Shown: positions 18,685 to 29,051, counted from the first letter of the stretch. The stretch: DNA of 64,000 nt from Patescibacteria group bacterium (GCA_038064735.1 JBBTSI010000003.1:90525-154524); one strand, 5' to 3'. Notes: generated by a model from the sequence alone, not told the origin. Made by a program: numbers and translations.

Positions 18685-19722
18685 ATGCAAAACTTGGTTA
18701 TTGTTATTTTAGCTTTGGGGCTTGTGGGGGCGATTTTTGCCTTGCTTCGCAAAAAGGAAAATAAAGCCGATGATACGGGTTTCAAACTTATCCTTCAGCA
18801 AATCAATGAACTTAACAGGACAGTGGACGCTAAGATTGGTGAAAATTCTAGACAGACTAATGAGACTATCAAAACTCAGCTTGGTGAATCAGCCAATTTG
18901 ATTAGAGAAGTGACCAAGGGTTTGACTAAACTTGATGAGACTAATAAACAGGTAGTTTCTTTTGCTGACCAGCTTCAAAACTTACAAGACATTTTGAAAA
19001 ATCCGAAACAGAGGGGGATTTTGGGTGAATATTATTTGGAAACTTTGCTTAAAAATGTTTTGGCGCCGGCTCAATTTCAAATGCAATATACTTTTGGGAA
19101 TGGCGAGATTGTGGATGCCGTGGTTTTCGTCAAAGATAAAATTATCCCTATTGATTCCAAATTTTCCCTTGAAAATTACAATCGTATGACGGAGACTAAA
19201 GATCCTGCCGAAAAAGATAGGCTGGAAAAAGTTTTCATAAACGATTTGAAATTACGCATTACCGAGACTTCAAAATATATTCGTCCTGCCGAAAATACGA
19301 TGGATTTCGCTTTTATGTTTATACCGCATGAGGCTATTTATTATGATTTGCTTATAAATAAAATCGGAGCAGTGGCTGAAGATACAGAAAATCTGATTCA
19401 AAGAGCGGCAGGTAAATATAAGGTGATCATTGTTTCCCCGACTTCATTCTTGGCATATCTTCAGACCGTCCTGCAAGGGCTTAAAGCGATGCAAATAGAA
19501 GAGACGGCCAAAGATATCATCAAGCGGGTAGGGGAGCTGGGTACACATCTCAAAAAATATGAAGAATTTCACAATAAACTGGGTAATTCTTTAGACACAG
19601 TGGTCAATCATTACAATGCGGGTAGTAAAGAATTCAAAAAAGTAGACAAAGATATAACACGTATCACCGGTAGTGCAGTTGGAATAGAAGCACCTTTGGT
19701 TGATAAGACAGAAGAAGAATAA
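18685..19722 (+). CDS. rmuC: DNA recombination protein RmuC
   Basis: NPKQRGILGE, IPIDSKFSL, DFAFMFIP, IIVSPTS; start set at the ATG after TGTTATAAT. Confidence 0.93.
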   Translation: MQNLVIVILALGLVGAIFALLRKKENKADDTGFKLILQQINELNRTVDAKIGENSRQTNETIKTQLGESANLIREVTKGLTKLDETNKQVVSFADQLQNLQDILKNPKQRGILGEYYLETLLKNVLAPAQFQMQYTFGNGEIVDAVVFVKDKIIPIDSKFSLENYNRMTETKDPAEKDRLEKVFINDLKLRITETSKYIRPAENTMDFAFMFIPHEAIYYDLLINKIGAVAEDTENLIQRAAGKYKVIIVSPTSFLAYLQTVLQGLKAMQIEETAKDIIKRVGELGTHLKKYEEFHNKLGNSLDTVVNHYNAGSKEFKKVDKDITRITGSAVGIEAPLVDKTEEE

Positions 19723-19762
19723 TTTGCAAAAAATAAGGAAATCCTGTAAAGTAGTACCTGTT

Positions 19763-20221
19763 ATGGCAGAAACAAAAACAACAAAGAAAGTAGCTCCAAA
19801 GGCCCCTGCAAAGGCCAAAAAGGCTCCTAGCAAAGAGGCAAAACCTAAGGTGGTCAAAGATACCGTTTTAACTTCAAATGGCACTTTTGCTGTGATTGAG
19901 ACTGGAGGTAAGCAATACCGAGTGGCTGTAGGAGACACCATAAAAATTGAAAAATTGAAAGAGGTCGCCTCCGCTAAAGCTACGGCGCCCAAAGAAGGCG
20001 ATGCTGTGGTTTTTGATAAAGTTCTCTTGATTGACAATGGTACAGACAGCACCGATATCGGCACTCCTTACATTGCAGGAGCCAAAGTTTCCGGCAAATT
20101 GATTGAGATTGGCCGTAATGCCAAAGTGACTGTTATCAAATACAAACAAAAAAGCCGTTACTTCAAGAAAAACGGCCACCGCCAACCTTTCTTCAAAGTT
20201 CAGATTGAAAAGATAGGATAA
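19763..20221 (+). CDS. rplU: 50S ribosomal protein bL21 with Lys/Ala-rich N-terminal extension
   Basis: FAVIETGGKQYRV, IGTPYI, KYKQKSRY...GHRQPF. Confidence 0.96.
   Translation: MAETKTTKKVAPKAPAKAKKAPSKEAKPKVVKDTVLTSNGTFAVIETGGKQYRVAVGDTIKIEKLKEVASAKATAPKEGDAVVFDKVLLIDNGTDSTDIGTPYIAGAKVSGKLIEIGRNAKVTVIKYKQKSRYFKKNGHRQPFFKVQIEKIG
19966..19994 (+). repeat. Coding palindromic repeat (GCTAAAGCTWCGG family) in rplU
   Basis: CGCCTCCGCTAAAGCTACGGCGCCCAAAG, encoding ASAKATAPK. Confidence 0.75.
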
Positions 20222-20231
20222 ATAAAATTTT

Positions 20232-20263
20232 AAAACTGCCTCGCATAATGTGAGGCAGTTTTT
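20232..20263. terminator. Bidirectional terminator between rplU and the VKOR gene
   Basis: AAAACTGCCTCGCAT/ATGTGAGGCAGTTTT. Confidence 0.85.
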
Positions 20264-20266
20264 GTT

Positions 20267-20869
20267 TTAGTTAAAGAAGAAATCTTTGAAGCGGAAAAGA
20301 ATGAGAAATATTATAACAAGATACCAAACTATCAAAATTTGGATGTGGTATTTGGAAACAAAATGAAAGAATGAATTAATAAGTTCTTGTTGTTTGATTT
20401 TTAAAGAAGGAAAAGTGAAGTGGTTTTCGCGGAAATTCCAAACAGTAGTATATAGGAACAGAGGCCAAGTGACGACCCAAGTTATCATGCAATAAATACA
20501 AAGAGAGCCGATGCGATAAACACTTTCAAAGAAAAACCACATTACGAAACCCATAGCGGCAACAGTGCCTAGGTTGACTAAGAGCCAGAGTGGTTTTTTG
20601 GCGCGTCCGCCGGAAAGGAGCATTATGCCGATCGCGAGTAGCATACCGAAAGCGACAATTCCGAGAAGGGAATTAGGGAAGCCGAAGATTTCACTTTGCC
20701 AATGAGTGGCAACATTGGTGCAACTAATGAATGGGTTTATGTTGCAAGGCAGGCTGACGTTTGGGTTTTTTATAAACTCAATAATATCGACTGTCAACAC
20801 GAAAGAAGCCCAGAGGCCTATGGTACTGCCAACTATTAAAATGTAAGAAAATATTTTTTGTACGCTCAT
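20267..20869 (-). CDS. Vitamin K epoxide reductase (VKOR) family protein
   Basis: CNINPFISCTNV, FGFPNSLLG, LCIYC redox motif, multiple TM helices. Confidence 0.93.
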   Translation of the reverse strand: MSVQKIFSYILIVGSTIGLWASFVLTVDIIEFIKNPNVSLPCNINPFISCTNVATHWQSEIFGFPNSLLGIVAFGMLLAIGIMLLSGGRAKKPLWLLVNLGTVAAMGFVMWFFFESVYRIGSLCIYCMITWVVTWPLFLYTTVWNFRENHFTFPSLKIKQQELINSFFHFVSKYHIQILIVWYLVIIFLILFRFKDFFFN

Positions 20870-21513
20870 ATTCTATTTCTCAAGGCATTTTTCAAAGTAT
20901 CGCTATCAGTATACTCCAACTCACTACCCATAGAAAGTCCTTTTCCAAGGTGGGAAATTTTCACTTTATTTTTCTCCAAAGTCGGTTTCAAAAGTTTTTC
21001 TACATAGTCTGCTGTGTTTTCTCCTTCTGGGTTCCAATTAACACCCAAAATAATCTCTTTGAGATTATTTTTATTTTTTTCAATAAAATCTTTGAGATCT
21101 TTTACTCTTATTCTTTTTTCCGGTTCTTTTTCCAATATTGGTACTGAACCGCCGAGTACGAAGTAGATGCCTTTGAATCCCCCGTTTTTTTCTACCGATT
21201 CTAAATCAGCATCTCTTTGGACCAACATAAGTATTGAGTGGTCACGATTTTCGTCTGCGCAAATTTTGCATAAGTTTGTTTGTGTATTTTTTCTCTCTCC
21301 TCCTTCGCTAAAGCTTCGGCGGGACGACTGATAAAATCTTTTGCAATCTTCACACATCACTACGTCTTTTTTCAGGTCGGCGATATTTTGAGAAAGTTCT
21401 GAAAGGGTATTGTCCCCTCTAGTTAAAAGATAATAAACAAAACGACGAGCTTGTCTTGGACCAATGCCCGGAAAATTGGAAAATATTTGAATCAACTTCT
21501 CTATACTGTTCAT
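20866..21513 (-). CDS. recR: Recombination mediator RecR
   Basis: FPGIGPRQARR, CxxC...CxxC zinc finger, YFVLGG, EGENTA, LEYTD. Confidence 0.94.
   Translation of the reverse strand: MNSIEKLIQIFSNFPGIGPRQARRFVYYLLTRGDNTLSELSQNIADLKKDVVMCEDCKRFYQSSRRSFSEGGERKNTQTNLCKICADENRDHSILMLVQRDADLESVEKNGGFKGIYFVLGGSVPILEKEPEKRIRVKDLKDFIEKNKNNLKEIILGVNWNPEGENTADYVEKLLKPTLEKNKVKISHLGKGLSMGSELEYTDSDTLKNALRNRI
21299..21327 (+). repeat. Coding palindromic repeat in the recR zinc finger
   Basis: CCTCCTTCGCTAAAGCTTCGGCGGGACGA, read on the minus strand as SRRSFSEGG. Confidence 0.8.
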
Positions 21514-21515
21514 AA

Positions 21516-22898
21516 TCAGAATTCTCTAAATTCACTTTCTGCTCCGCTAAACTGGGCTTTTTCCAAAGGCAAGAAGCAGGCTTTTTTGTCGTTGAAGAAT
21601 AAGTCAACTTTGCCGGTGGCGCCATTACGGTGTTTTTCAATCAAAATTTCAGCGATGTTAGTTTTCTCGGCTTCATCAGTGGTGCCTTTATTTTTATCTT
21701 CGCGGTGGATGAACATCACTACGTCGGCGTCCTGCTCTATAGAACCGGAATCTCTAAGGTCTGATAGTTTGGGTTTGCCACCACGTTGCTCCACGGCGCG
21801 GGAAAGCTGGGAGAGAGCGAGCACAGGTACTTCAAGTTCCCTAGCCAAATTTTTGAGCGATCTGGAAATTTCGGTTACTTGGTTGACCATAGAGTCATAA
21901 TTTTTGGTAGTCATGATAAGTTGTAAATAATCAACTACGATGAGTCCCAAACCTTTTTCATTTTTAAGTCTTCTAGCCACTGAACGCATTTTCAAAATAT
22001 TATTACCAGGTTGGTCATCTATGAAAATCGGCGCTTTGGAGAGAGTATCTAGAGATTGGCGGATAGCTGAAAAATCATCTTCCCTGATGCCTTTGCCGGT
22101 GCGGAGTTTCCAGGCATCCACGTTTGATTGGCTCGCTAACATACGGTCTACGAGTTGCTGAGAGCTCATTTCCAGCGAGAAAATGCCGACAGGGACGTTG
22201 TGATAAACGGCAGCTTGTCGGGCAATGTCGAGAGCGAGGGCGGTTTTACCAACTGAAGGACGAGCGGCCAAAATGATAAGGTCGGATTTTTGCAAACCAG
22301 AAAGTTTTTCATCAAGTTCTTTAAATCCTGTCGGTACTCCACGCAAACCGTCTCCGGAATTGTGCAGTTTATCAAGCCTTTCCCATGCTTCATCCAACTC
22401 CCCTTTGAGTTCTACAAATTTATGAATACTTGAAATATTGGTGACGTCATAAATTCTTTTTTGAGCTTGGTCCAAAAGTTCTTCTAATTCGGAAGCTTCA
22501 TCATAACCGAGAGAGGAAATAAAATCTGCCGCTCCGATGAGGTTGCGGGCAATAAATTTCTTTTGGATTATTTGGGCATAATAAGTGGCGTTGGCGGCTG
22601 AAGGTACCGAGTTGACTAGTTCGCCGAGATAAGTGTTACCGCCAATTTCTTCTAGCATGTTTTTTTCTTTGAGACGGGCCGAGACGGTGAGCATATCAGT
22701 AGGGTTTCTTTTGGCAAAAAGATCCATCATGGTTTCAAAAATGATGCGATGTTTTTCGGAATAAAAAGAAGCGGGGGAGACTAGGTCTGTAATTTCAAAC
22801 ATCACTTCCGGTCGAAGCATCACCGAACCAAGGAGAGCTCTTTCGGCTTCGGTGTTGTTGGGCGGAATCCTCAAATAGTTTTTTTTGTTGTCTGACAT
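21516..22898 (-). CDS. dnaB: Replicative DNA helicase
   Basis: AARPSVGKT, FSLEMS, VDYLQL, LSQLSR, DLRDSGSIEQDAD, KHRNG; no intein. Confidence 0.98.
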   Translation of the reverse strand: MSDNKKNYLRIPPNNTEAERALLGSVMLRPEVMFEITDLVSPASFYSEKHRIIFETMMDLFAKRNPTDMLTVSARLKEKNMLEEIGGNTYLGELVNSVPSAANATYYAQIIQKKFIARNLIGAADFISSLGYDEASELEELLDQAQKRIYDVTNISSIHKFVELKGELDEAWERLDKLHNSGDGLRGVPTGFKELDEKLSGLQKSDLIILAARPSVGKTALALDIARQAAVYHNVPVGIFSLEMSSQQLVDRMLASQSNVDAWKLRTGKGIREDDFSAIRQSLDTLSKAPIFIDDQPGNNILKMRSVARRLKNEKGLGLIVVDYLQLIMTTKNYDSMVNQVTEISRSLKNLARELEVPVLALSQLSRAVEQRGGKPKLSDLRDSGSIEQDADVVMFIHREDKNKGTTDEAEKTNIAEILIEKHRNGATGKVDLFFNDKKACFLPLEKAQFSGAESEFREF

Positions 22899-23000
22899 GT
22901 TTCAATAATAACTAAAATCAAGCAACCTTCAAACTTCCAAAAAGGGATAAGGTGTGTTCAATAAGTGGAAAACAATTTTTGTGGTATAATGTTTGTAATT

Positions 23001-23903
23001 ATGGCAACAGTTTATACAAATCAAAGTTCAAATGTCGCCAAAACCTATTTGCTTATGGGTTTATTTTTGGTTGTAATTGTGGGACTTGGTTATTTTATTT
23101 CGGCTTATTATGGCAATCCAGGGCTTCTTTACATCGCTATTATTTTTAGTGTCGTGATGAATATTGCAAGCTTTTGGTGGTCTGACAAAATAGTGCTTGC
23201 TATGTCAAAAGCCAAGCCAGCCAAAAGAGAAGAATATTTTGATCTATATACTGTGACCGAAAATCTTTCCATTACTGCCGGACTGCCGATGCCCAGAGTT
23301 TATGTGATTGATGACCCAGCACCCAACGCTTTCGCTACTGGTCGCAACAAAGAGCACGCGGTGGTTTGCACTACTACCGGACTTTTGCAAAAACTAGATA
23401 GACAAGAACTTGAAGGAGTGATTGCTCACGAACTTTCTCACATTGGTAATCGTGATATTTTACTTATGAGTGCGGTGGTGGTGCTCGTGGGTTTCGTTTC
23501 TATTATTTCTGATATGTTTTTGAGAGCTTCCTTTTTTGGTGGCAACCGAGATAATGACAGAGGTAGTGTTGGTAATGTTTTAGCAATCATTGGGATTATT
23601 TTTATCGTGCTCTCACCTATCATCGCGACTCTTATCAAAATGGCTATTTCCCGCAGGAGAGAATATTTAGCAGATAGCTCAGGAGTACTCCTCACTCGTT
23701 ATCCGGAAGGTTTAGCCAAAGCCCTTGAAAAAATCTCTAGCTACAATATGCCGATGAAAGTGGCTAGCAACGCTACGGCTCATCTTTTTATTTCTAACCC
23801 TATGCCGGTCAAAAAAAATATTTCTGGTGAATCTATTTCCAATTTGTTTAACACTCACCCACCAATTGCCGAACGCATCAAACTTTTGCGTGAAATGATA
23901 TAA
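23001..23903 (+). CDS. htpX: M48 zinc metalloprotease HtpX
   Basis: PNAFATG, AHELSH, SRRREYLAD, THPP. Confidence 0.94.
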   Translation: MATVYTNQSSNVAKTYLLMGLFLVVIVGLGYFISAYYGNPGLLYIAIIFSVVMNIASFWWSDKIVLAMSKAKPAKREEYFDLYTVTENLSITAGLPMPRVYVIDDPAPNAFATGRNKEHAVVCTTTGLLQKLDRQELEGVIAHELSHIGNRDILLMSAVVVLVGFVSIISDMFLRASFFGGNRDNDRGSVGNVLAIIGIIFIVLSPIIATLIKMAISRRREYLADSSGVLLTRYPEGLAKALEKISSYNMPMKVASNATAHLFISNPMPVKKNISGESISNLFNTHPPIAERIKLLREMI

Positions 23904-23912
23904 AATAAAAAT

Positions 23913-24515
23913 ATGAACGAAGAAGAAAACAAAGAAACTTTACTCTCACGCATAGCCGAGCTCGAAGAGCAGGTTCATGATCTTGAAAAAGATCTCGTCC
24001 ATGATCATCTTACAGGACTAAAAACCAGAGTCTTTTTTGAAGAAGAATCAAAAATTTATTTGAGTATGATGAACAGTATAATTTCTAGCAATAGAAAAGA
24101 GTGGTTTGGTTTTAAACATCTTTCTTTTTTGTTTATAGATATAGATCATTTCAAAAAAATAAATGACACATATGGTCATGATACCGGTGATTTGGTTTTA
24201 AAAAAGGTGGCTGAAACGATAAAACGTAGCGTTAGGACAGGTGATACGGTAGCTCGTTGGGGCGGAGAAGAAATAGCTTCTTCTCTTTTGGGTGCTGATT
24301 TAAATGATGCTAAAGCTAAAGCTGAAAAAGTAAGAAAAAATATAGAGAAGCTTGAGTTTAATCAAGCCTCTGATATCAAGGTTACGGTAAGTATCGGAGT
24401 AGTTTCCTCCGAAGTTTCGTCAAATTTTGAAGAACTTATCAAAAAAGCGGATGAAGCTATGTATCAATCTAAAAACTCCGGCCGCAACAAAGTGACGGTT
24501 TACTCTAAAAATTAA
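23913..24515 (+). CDS. GGDEF diguanylate cyclase with short coiled-coil N-terminus
   Basis: DHLTGL, DIDHFKKINDTYGHDTGD, RWGGEE, VSIG, KNSGRN. Confidence 0.92.
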   Translation: MNEEENKETLLSRIAELEEQVHDLEKDLVHDHLTGLKTRVFFEEESKIYLSMMNSIISSNRKEWFGFKHLSFLFIDIDHFKKINDTYGHDTGDLVLKKVAETIKRSVRTGDTVARWGGEEIASSLLGADLNDAKAKAEKVRKNIEKLEFNQASDIKVTVSIGVVSSEVSSNFEELIKKADEAMYQSKNSGRNKVTVYSKN

Positions 24516-24565
24516 AATTTTGGTGTTTCTTAAATTTTAATTTAATGTTAAATTGTCTAGGTTAA

Positions 24566-24653
24566 GGAGGGTTCGCATAGCGGTCTAGTGCGCACGCTTG
24601 GAAAGCGTGTGTGGGGCAACCCACCAAGAGTTCGAATCTCTTACCCTCCGCCA
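24566..24653 (+). tRNA. tRNA-Ser(GGA)
   Basis: GGAGGGT/ACCCTCC acceptor, CACGC-TTGGAAA-GCGTG, long variable arm, encoded CCA. Confidence 0.96.
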
Positions 24654-24654
24654 T

Positions 24655-25866
24655 TTATTTCAATTCCAAAAACGTATTGACGTAGTGGATGGCGAGGCCG
24701 CCAAAGTTGGGGTTGGAGTCGAAAGCAGTTTTGATTTTGGCAGTTTCTTTATTGAGTTTGTTTTGAGAGGTACCATAAAAAGTGATGTAAGGAGGAGGGA
24801 AGTCGCCAGTTTCTTGAGCGATGATTATTTTGGTATTTTTGGCGTTTTTCTTGGCCGTTTTCATTTCATTTTTAGAAACTTCGATAGAACCATCTTTACC
24901 TTCAGCAAAATTTCTGTAGGACATAACGATAATAGAACTATTTTTTCTTCTATCAAGAATATTAATAAGGTGATCTAATACATAACCATTTTTGCCATTA
25001 TAAGTTAATTTTGGCGTGGCTTTATCATTCTTATCATAAAAATCAGGAATAACTACAGAGAAATGTAAATCATTTTTTGATAAGAAGTATTCTGATTTAT
25101 CTATAAGACTTAAGAAATTTTTAAGTATTGTTGCAGGATCATTTTTGTAAGTTTCCAAAAGATATGGCTCTACATCATATTGAAAACCGCGGAATTTTTC
25201 CGTGTGGTTTGCATTGAAATTTTTCACAAAATTTAGGATAGCGAAAGCTTTGTATTCATTACCCTCTTCGGCCCAATTTTGCCAGCCGGCTTCAGCATCA
25301 ACCGCGATACCTTTTTCGTTGGCTCTTTTGATGAAGTTTGCCAGTATGTTTTCAAATTTTTCTTTTTGAATTTCTTTTTCTGTTCCCTCTTGCATCACAA
25401 AAATATCAAGATATGAATCTATGGAAATATAAATTGTGTCCATTCTGTTTTTTTCAGCTCCAGAAAGAACCGACTCCATATACGACGGTGTCAATCTAAA
25501 TATGGGTGTCCATATCCAACTTCCATATTCTTTTTCCATTTTAGGTTTAGTTGTGAAAAAACTCGCAGCAAAAAATTTAACCGCATCTATAACTGAGGCC
25601 AACTGTCTTGTAAGAATCGGTTTGTTTTTGGGTACAGGTGCAAAAGTGATATTTCTGAATTGGAGATTTGTTGCTATTGCATTTTGGGTTATGTTTTGAT
25701 TTGAATAAGTGGCAATTTTAAAATCTGTAACATTGCTATGTGCGATAGTTTTTTCATTCATATTAAAAACAAAAATAGAAACCAGAGCGGTAAATATAAT
25801 AACAGCAATTATTGCCGGTATTGATTTGGTCAATTTATTTTTAATTATATTTTTTTTACGAGCCAT
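24655..25866 (-). CDS. Membrane-anchored putative glycoside hydrolase-like (TIM-barrel) protein
   Basis: N-terminal TM helix; GSWIW, GFQYDVEPY, IVMSYR, IAQET, GLAIHY pattern. Confidence 0.6.
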   Translation of the reverse strand: MARKKNIIKNKLTKSIPAIIAVIIFTALVSIFVFNMNEKTIAHSNVTDFKIATYSNQNITQNAIATNLQFRNITFAPVPKNKPILTRQLASVIDAVKFFAASFFTTKPKMEKEYGSWIWTPIFRLTPSYMESVLSGAEKNRMDTIYISIDSYLDIFVMQEGTEKEIQKEKFENILANFIKRANEKGIAVDAEAGWQNWAEEGNEYKAFAILNFVKNFNANHTEKFRGFQYDVEPYLLETYKNDPATILKNFLSLIDKSEYFLSKNDLHFSVVIPDFYDKNDKATPKLTYNGKNGYVLDHLINILDRRKNSSIIVMSYRNFAEGKDGSIEVSKNEMKTAKKNAKNTKIIIAQETGDFPPPYITFYGTSQNKLNKETAKIKTAFDSNPNFGGLAIHYVNTFLELK

Positions 25867-25958
25867 TGGTTACATTATAACTTAAAGATATACTAAGGCA
25901 TATATTAATGTGTGGAATTTCGATTGATATTAGAACAAGAATTTGATAGATTTTAAGG

Positions 25959-26031
25959 GCGCGGTTAGCTCAGTTGGTAGAGCGCGTCATTGACGTTGAC
26001 GATGCCAGAGGTTCGAGTCCTCTACCGCGCA
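25959..26031 (+). tRNA. tRNA-Val(GAC)
   Basis: GCGCGGT/ACCGCGC acceptor, CGTCA-TTGACGT-TGACG, GGTTCGAGTCC. Confidence 0.95.
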
Positions 26032-26242
26032 CCCTTTTAAAAGGACAAAGTTGCTAAATGGTAATTTTGTCTTTTTCTATTTTACTATGTTTTTTGAGGT
26101 TTTTTTGGTATTTTGGCCTTTATTAGGGTGTTGCGTGTATTATTTAATGTATTTTTAATGTTTTTGGTGTTAAATTGTATATTAGCAACATTTTTAAGTT
26201 AATATGGTAGGTTTTATTATTAGTTAAATTAAATATTTTTAT

Positions 26243-29017
26243 ATGAAAAATATAATTCTTAGAACAAGACTTTCGAAACTATTTTCGATTTTCTTGTCTT
26301 TATCTATGTTCGTTCAAGGAGCAGTCTTTTTGCCTGTAGTTGCGTCGGCAACTATTAACAACAATAATGGTAATAATGACCACAAGATCAATATATGCCA
26401 TTTTGATAACTCAGGTTCTAATCCATGGCAAGGTATTCAGATAGATGAAAATGCTTGGAGTGCACATCAGGGTCATGGGGATTTTCTTTATGGTAATGGA
26501 CCACTTACAAATGATGGTAAACCAAATAATTACCAACATAAAGCAGATACATGGTGTAAAGATCATGCGATAGCAACTCTTACTCTTGTAAAATCAGTTG
26601 ATAATCAAGCTGGGGGTGAAGCTTTATCATCAGCATGGACTCTTTCTGCAGATGGCCCAACTTCTATTTCTGGTTATTCTGGTGAGGAATCAATTACCGC
26701 TGCAGATGTAAAAATCGGTACATATACTCTTTCTGAATCTGGTAATTTAGAAAATTATGAAGCAAGTGATTGGTCTTGTGTTCCAATTAAAAATGATGGA
26801 AACAAAATAAATTTAGTTGTAGGAAATGATGTAACTTGTACCATAACGAACACTTATGTTCCTCATGCACCTACTACCGGCACAATTCAAATCACCAAAT
26901 ACGAATGTCCTGCTGATACGACTGTTACTCGCGCTTTGAACGGGCCAAGTGAGACAGATATAGATAAGAATACTTATGCTGTTCCAAATGGTTGTACGTT
27001 ACAAAAAGATGCAAAATTCGGGTACACCTATGATGCAAGTAACAACACAAACAATACCGGTCCTTATCTTGGTTTGTTTGGTGACACAACACCTTTTGTG
27101 CCTTTTTCTCTTACAGATTCAAATGGTGTAACTACACTCAATGATGCTGCAATTCCAGGACGATACATTGTTGTAGAACTTGATTCTAGTGGCAAACAGC
27201 TTCCTTCATCAGATATGCTTAGTTTGTACTGTTATGGAGATGGGGATACAAGCACAACTAATGATAATCAAGAGATTACATTTTCTGTTGCGGGTAAAGT
27301 TTCGACTTGTGTAACTTACAATAAAAAAGTTGAAGAAGTTCCTCCACCTGTTGTAGTTAGTTGTCCAACTGGTACCACTCAATCATCCAAACCTGTAGAT
27401 ACTTTGACTGTACCATCAACTTCTTCAACACCAACTCCAAGTAACATTTCTTTGGATAGTGGTAAAAATTATTTGGTAGTTTCTTCTGGAACTTGGCACA
27501 ATCTCCCATACAACTGGTCAGATGCTGAATATACAAGCACTGACGATTGGGCAACAAATAAGAATGGCTATGATATAGACCCATGGTTTTTGGGAGAAGG
27601 CGAATTTGATTTGCAGGTAGATAGTGCTTTTGTAAATTGGGGAAGTTACAATCCAAATCACACGTATTCTTATCTTTACACAGGCAATGGTGCTCTAGCT
27701 AGTTTCTTGATATTTGATGGTGATTCTACTGCTTCAACTCCAGTGCCAAATACTGGTTGGTATGGAGACAATGAAGGCAGTTTGGATGTAAAGATTTATT
27801 CTTGTGATCCAATACCTCCTCAATGTAATGAAAATGTAGCACAAACAATAGTAAGTGATGCCTCTACTCAGTTTGGTGATGGTAATTCTATCGTTCTAGA
27901 TGGAACTATGGTTGGGGGTGGTATTTTGCCCCCAGGTGGTGCTTGGGCAGATATCCTAGGATCTTCATGGATTTGGGGGACAAATGGTAGTTCTGAAGAT
28001 ACGACAATACCAACAACCGAAGTTTTCACTAAAAATTTCACTATTACAGGAGCACCAATTTCAGCTTTGCTTGACCTCTCTTCAGATAATGGTTATGTAG
28101 TGAAAGTTAATGGTTCGGAGGTTGCAAGCAAGAATGTTGATCCAACTGATGAATATAATTATAAAAATGTTGACCAACATGATATTACAAGTTATGTAAA
28201 TTCGGGCGCAAATACACTTGAAATATCAGTAACTAACTTTGGTCGTCCAGATACAACATTTATGAATAATCCCGGTGGTTTAATCTATAAGCTTGCGATA
28301 AACCAAAATGAATGTACTGCACCTATCAATGGAGGTTGGTCAGTTTTGAATTCCAATGCTTGCCCAACGGCACCAGGTTCACCAGCAAGTGTTTTGACTG
28401 CTACTTGTACTAATCCAGCTCCAGCCAATGGTGGCTCCGGTTGTGTGCCTCCTACCCCAACACTTTCTTGTGATGCAGTGCCTCCAACCCCGATAATTGG
28501 TTGTATGAATAGTAGTGCTAACAACTATAACGCCAATGCAAATCAAGATACTAATCCTACTTCTTGTACTTATAATCCAACAAATCCTAATCCAACAGTA
28601 GTTACTACCAGTGGTGGAGGGAGAAGTGGTAGTAGACATCGTGATGTTGTTAGTAGTAGCGGAGCGGGAGAAGTCTTAGGTGCTTCAACTGAAAATCTTA
28701 CATGCGAACCATATTTGAAGAGTTATATTAAATTGGGAGCAAAGAATGATGTTGAAGATGTTAAAAGATTGCAAACCTTCCTCAATCAATTCTTTGAAGT
28801 AAATAACCCAGTTACCGGATTTTATGGACCGGTAACTTATGAGATGGTCAAGAAATTCCAAGCTCGAGAAGAGGCCGGCACACTTGCCCCTTGGGCTAGT
28901 GCAGGTTCACCAACTAATGGTCCAACTGGTTATGTTTATAAAACCACTCAGAGATGGATAAACATATTAAAGTGTCCTGATATGATAGCCAATACTCCAA
29001 TCCCTTCACTTCCATAA
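26243..29017 (+). CDS. Large Cys-rich multidomain surface protein/adhesin with C-terminal peptidoglycan-binding-like domain
   Basis: Signal peptide; SpaA-like LTLVKSVDN...VTCTITN; lectin-like region; TSP1-like segment; C-terminal VKRLQTFLN...TGFYGPVT...VKKFQ. Confidence 0.85.
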   Translation: MKNIILRTRLSKLFSIFLSLSMFVQGAVFLPVVASATINNNNGNNDHKINICHFDNSGSNPWQGIQIDENAWSAHQGHGDFLYGNGPLTNDGKPNNYQHKADTWCKDHAIATLTLVKSVDNQAGGEALSSAWTLSADGPTSISGYSGEESITAADVKIGTYTLSESGNLENYEASDWSCVPIKNDGNKINLVVGNDVTCTITNTYVPHAPTTGTIQITKYECPADTTVTRALNGPSETDIDKNTYAVPNGCTLQKDAKFGYTYDASNNTNNTGPYLGLFGDTTPFVPFSLTDSNGVTTLNDAAIPGRYIVVELDSSGKQLPSSDMLSLYCYGDGDTSTTNDNQEITFSVAGKVSTCVTYNKKVEEVPPPVVVSCPTGTTQSSKPVDTLTVPSTSSTPTPSNISLDSGKNYLVVSSGTWHNLPYNWSDAEYTSTDDWATNKNGYDIDPWFLGEGEFDLQVDSAFVNWGSYNPNHTYSYLYTGNGALASFLIFDGDSTASTPVPNTGWYGDNEGSLDVKIYSCDPIPPQCNENVAQTIVSDASTQFGDGNSIVLDGTMVGGGILPPGGAWADILGSSWIWGTNGSSEDTTIPTTEVFTKNFTITGAPISALLDLSSDNGYVVKVNGSEVASKNVDPTDEYNYKNVDQHDITSYVNSGANTLEISVTNFGRPDTTFMNNPGGLIYKLAINQNECTAPINGGWSVLNSNACPTAPGSPASVLTATCTNPAPANGGSGCVPPTPTLSCDAVPPTPIIGCMNSSANNYNANANQDTNPTSCTYNPTNPNPTVVTTSGGGRSGSRHRDVVSSSGAGEVLGASTENLTCEPYLKSYIKLGAKNDVEDVKRLQTFLNQFFEVNNPVTGFYGPVTYEMVKKFQAREEAGTLAPWASAGSPTNGPTGYVYKTTQRWINILKCPDMIANTPIPSLP

Positions 29018-29023
29018 ACACCA

Positions 29024-29051
29024 CACAATCTCCGCTAAAGCGGAGATTGTG
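29024..29051 (+). terminator. Perfect hairpin after the adhesin gene
   Basis: CACAATCTCCGCT-AA-AGCGGAGATTGTG; lacks a clear T-run. Confidence 0.55.

Noticed and set aside
19591-20185. Antisense ORFs over rplU and similar shadow ORFs over ftsZ, dnaB, prfA, nrdJ and gyrB
   Set aside because: Opposite-strand or alternate-frame shadows of conserved genes, with no motifs or initiation signals
24598-24978. 126-aa ORF on the plus strand
   Set aside because: Begins inside tRNA-Ser and is antisense to the 403-aa gene
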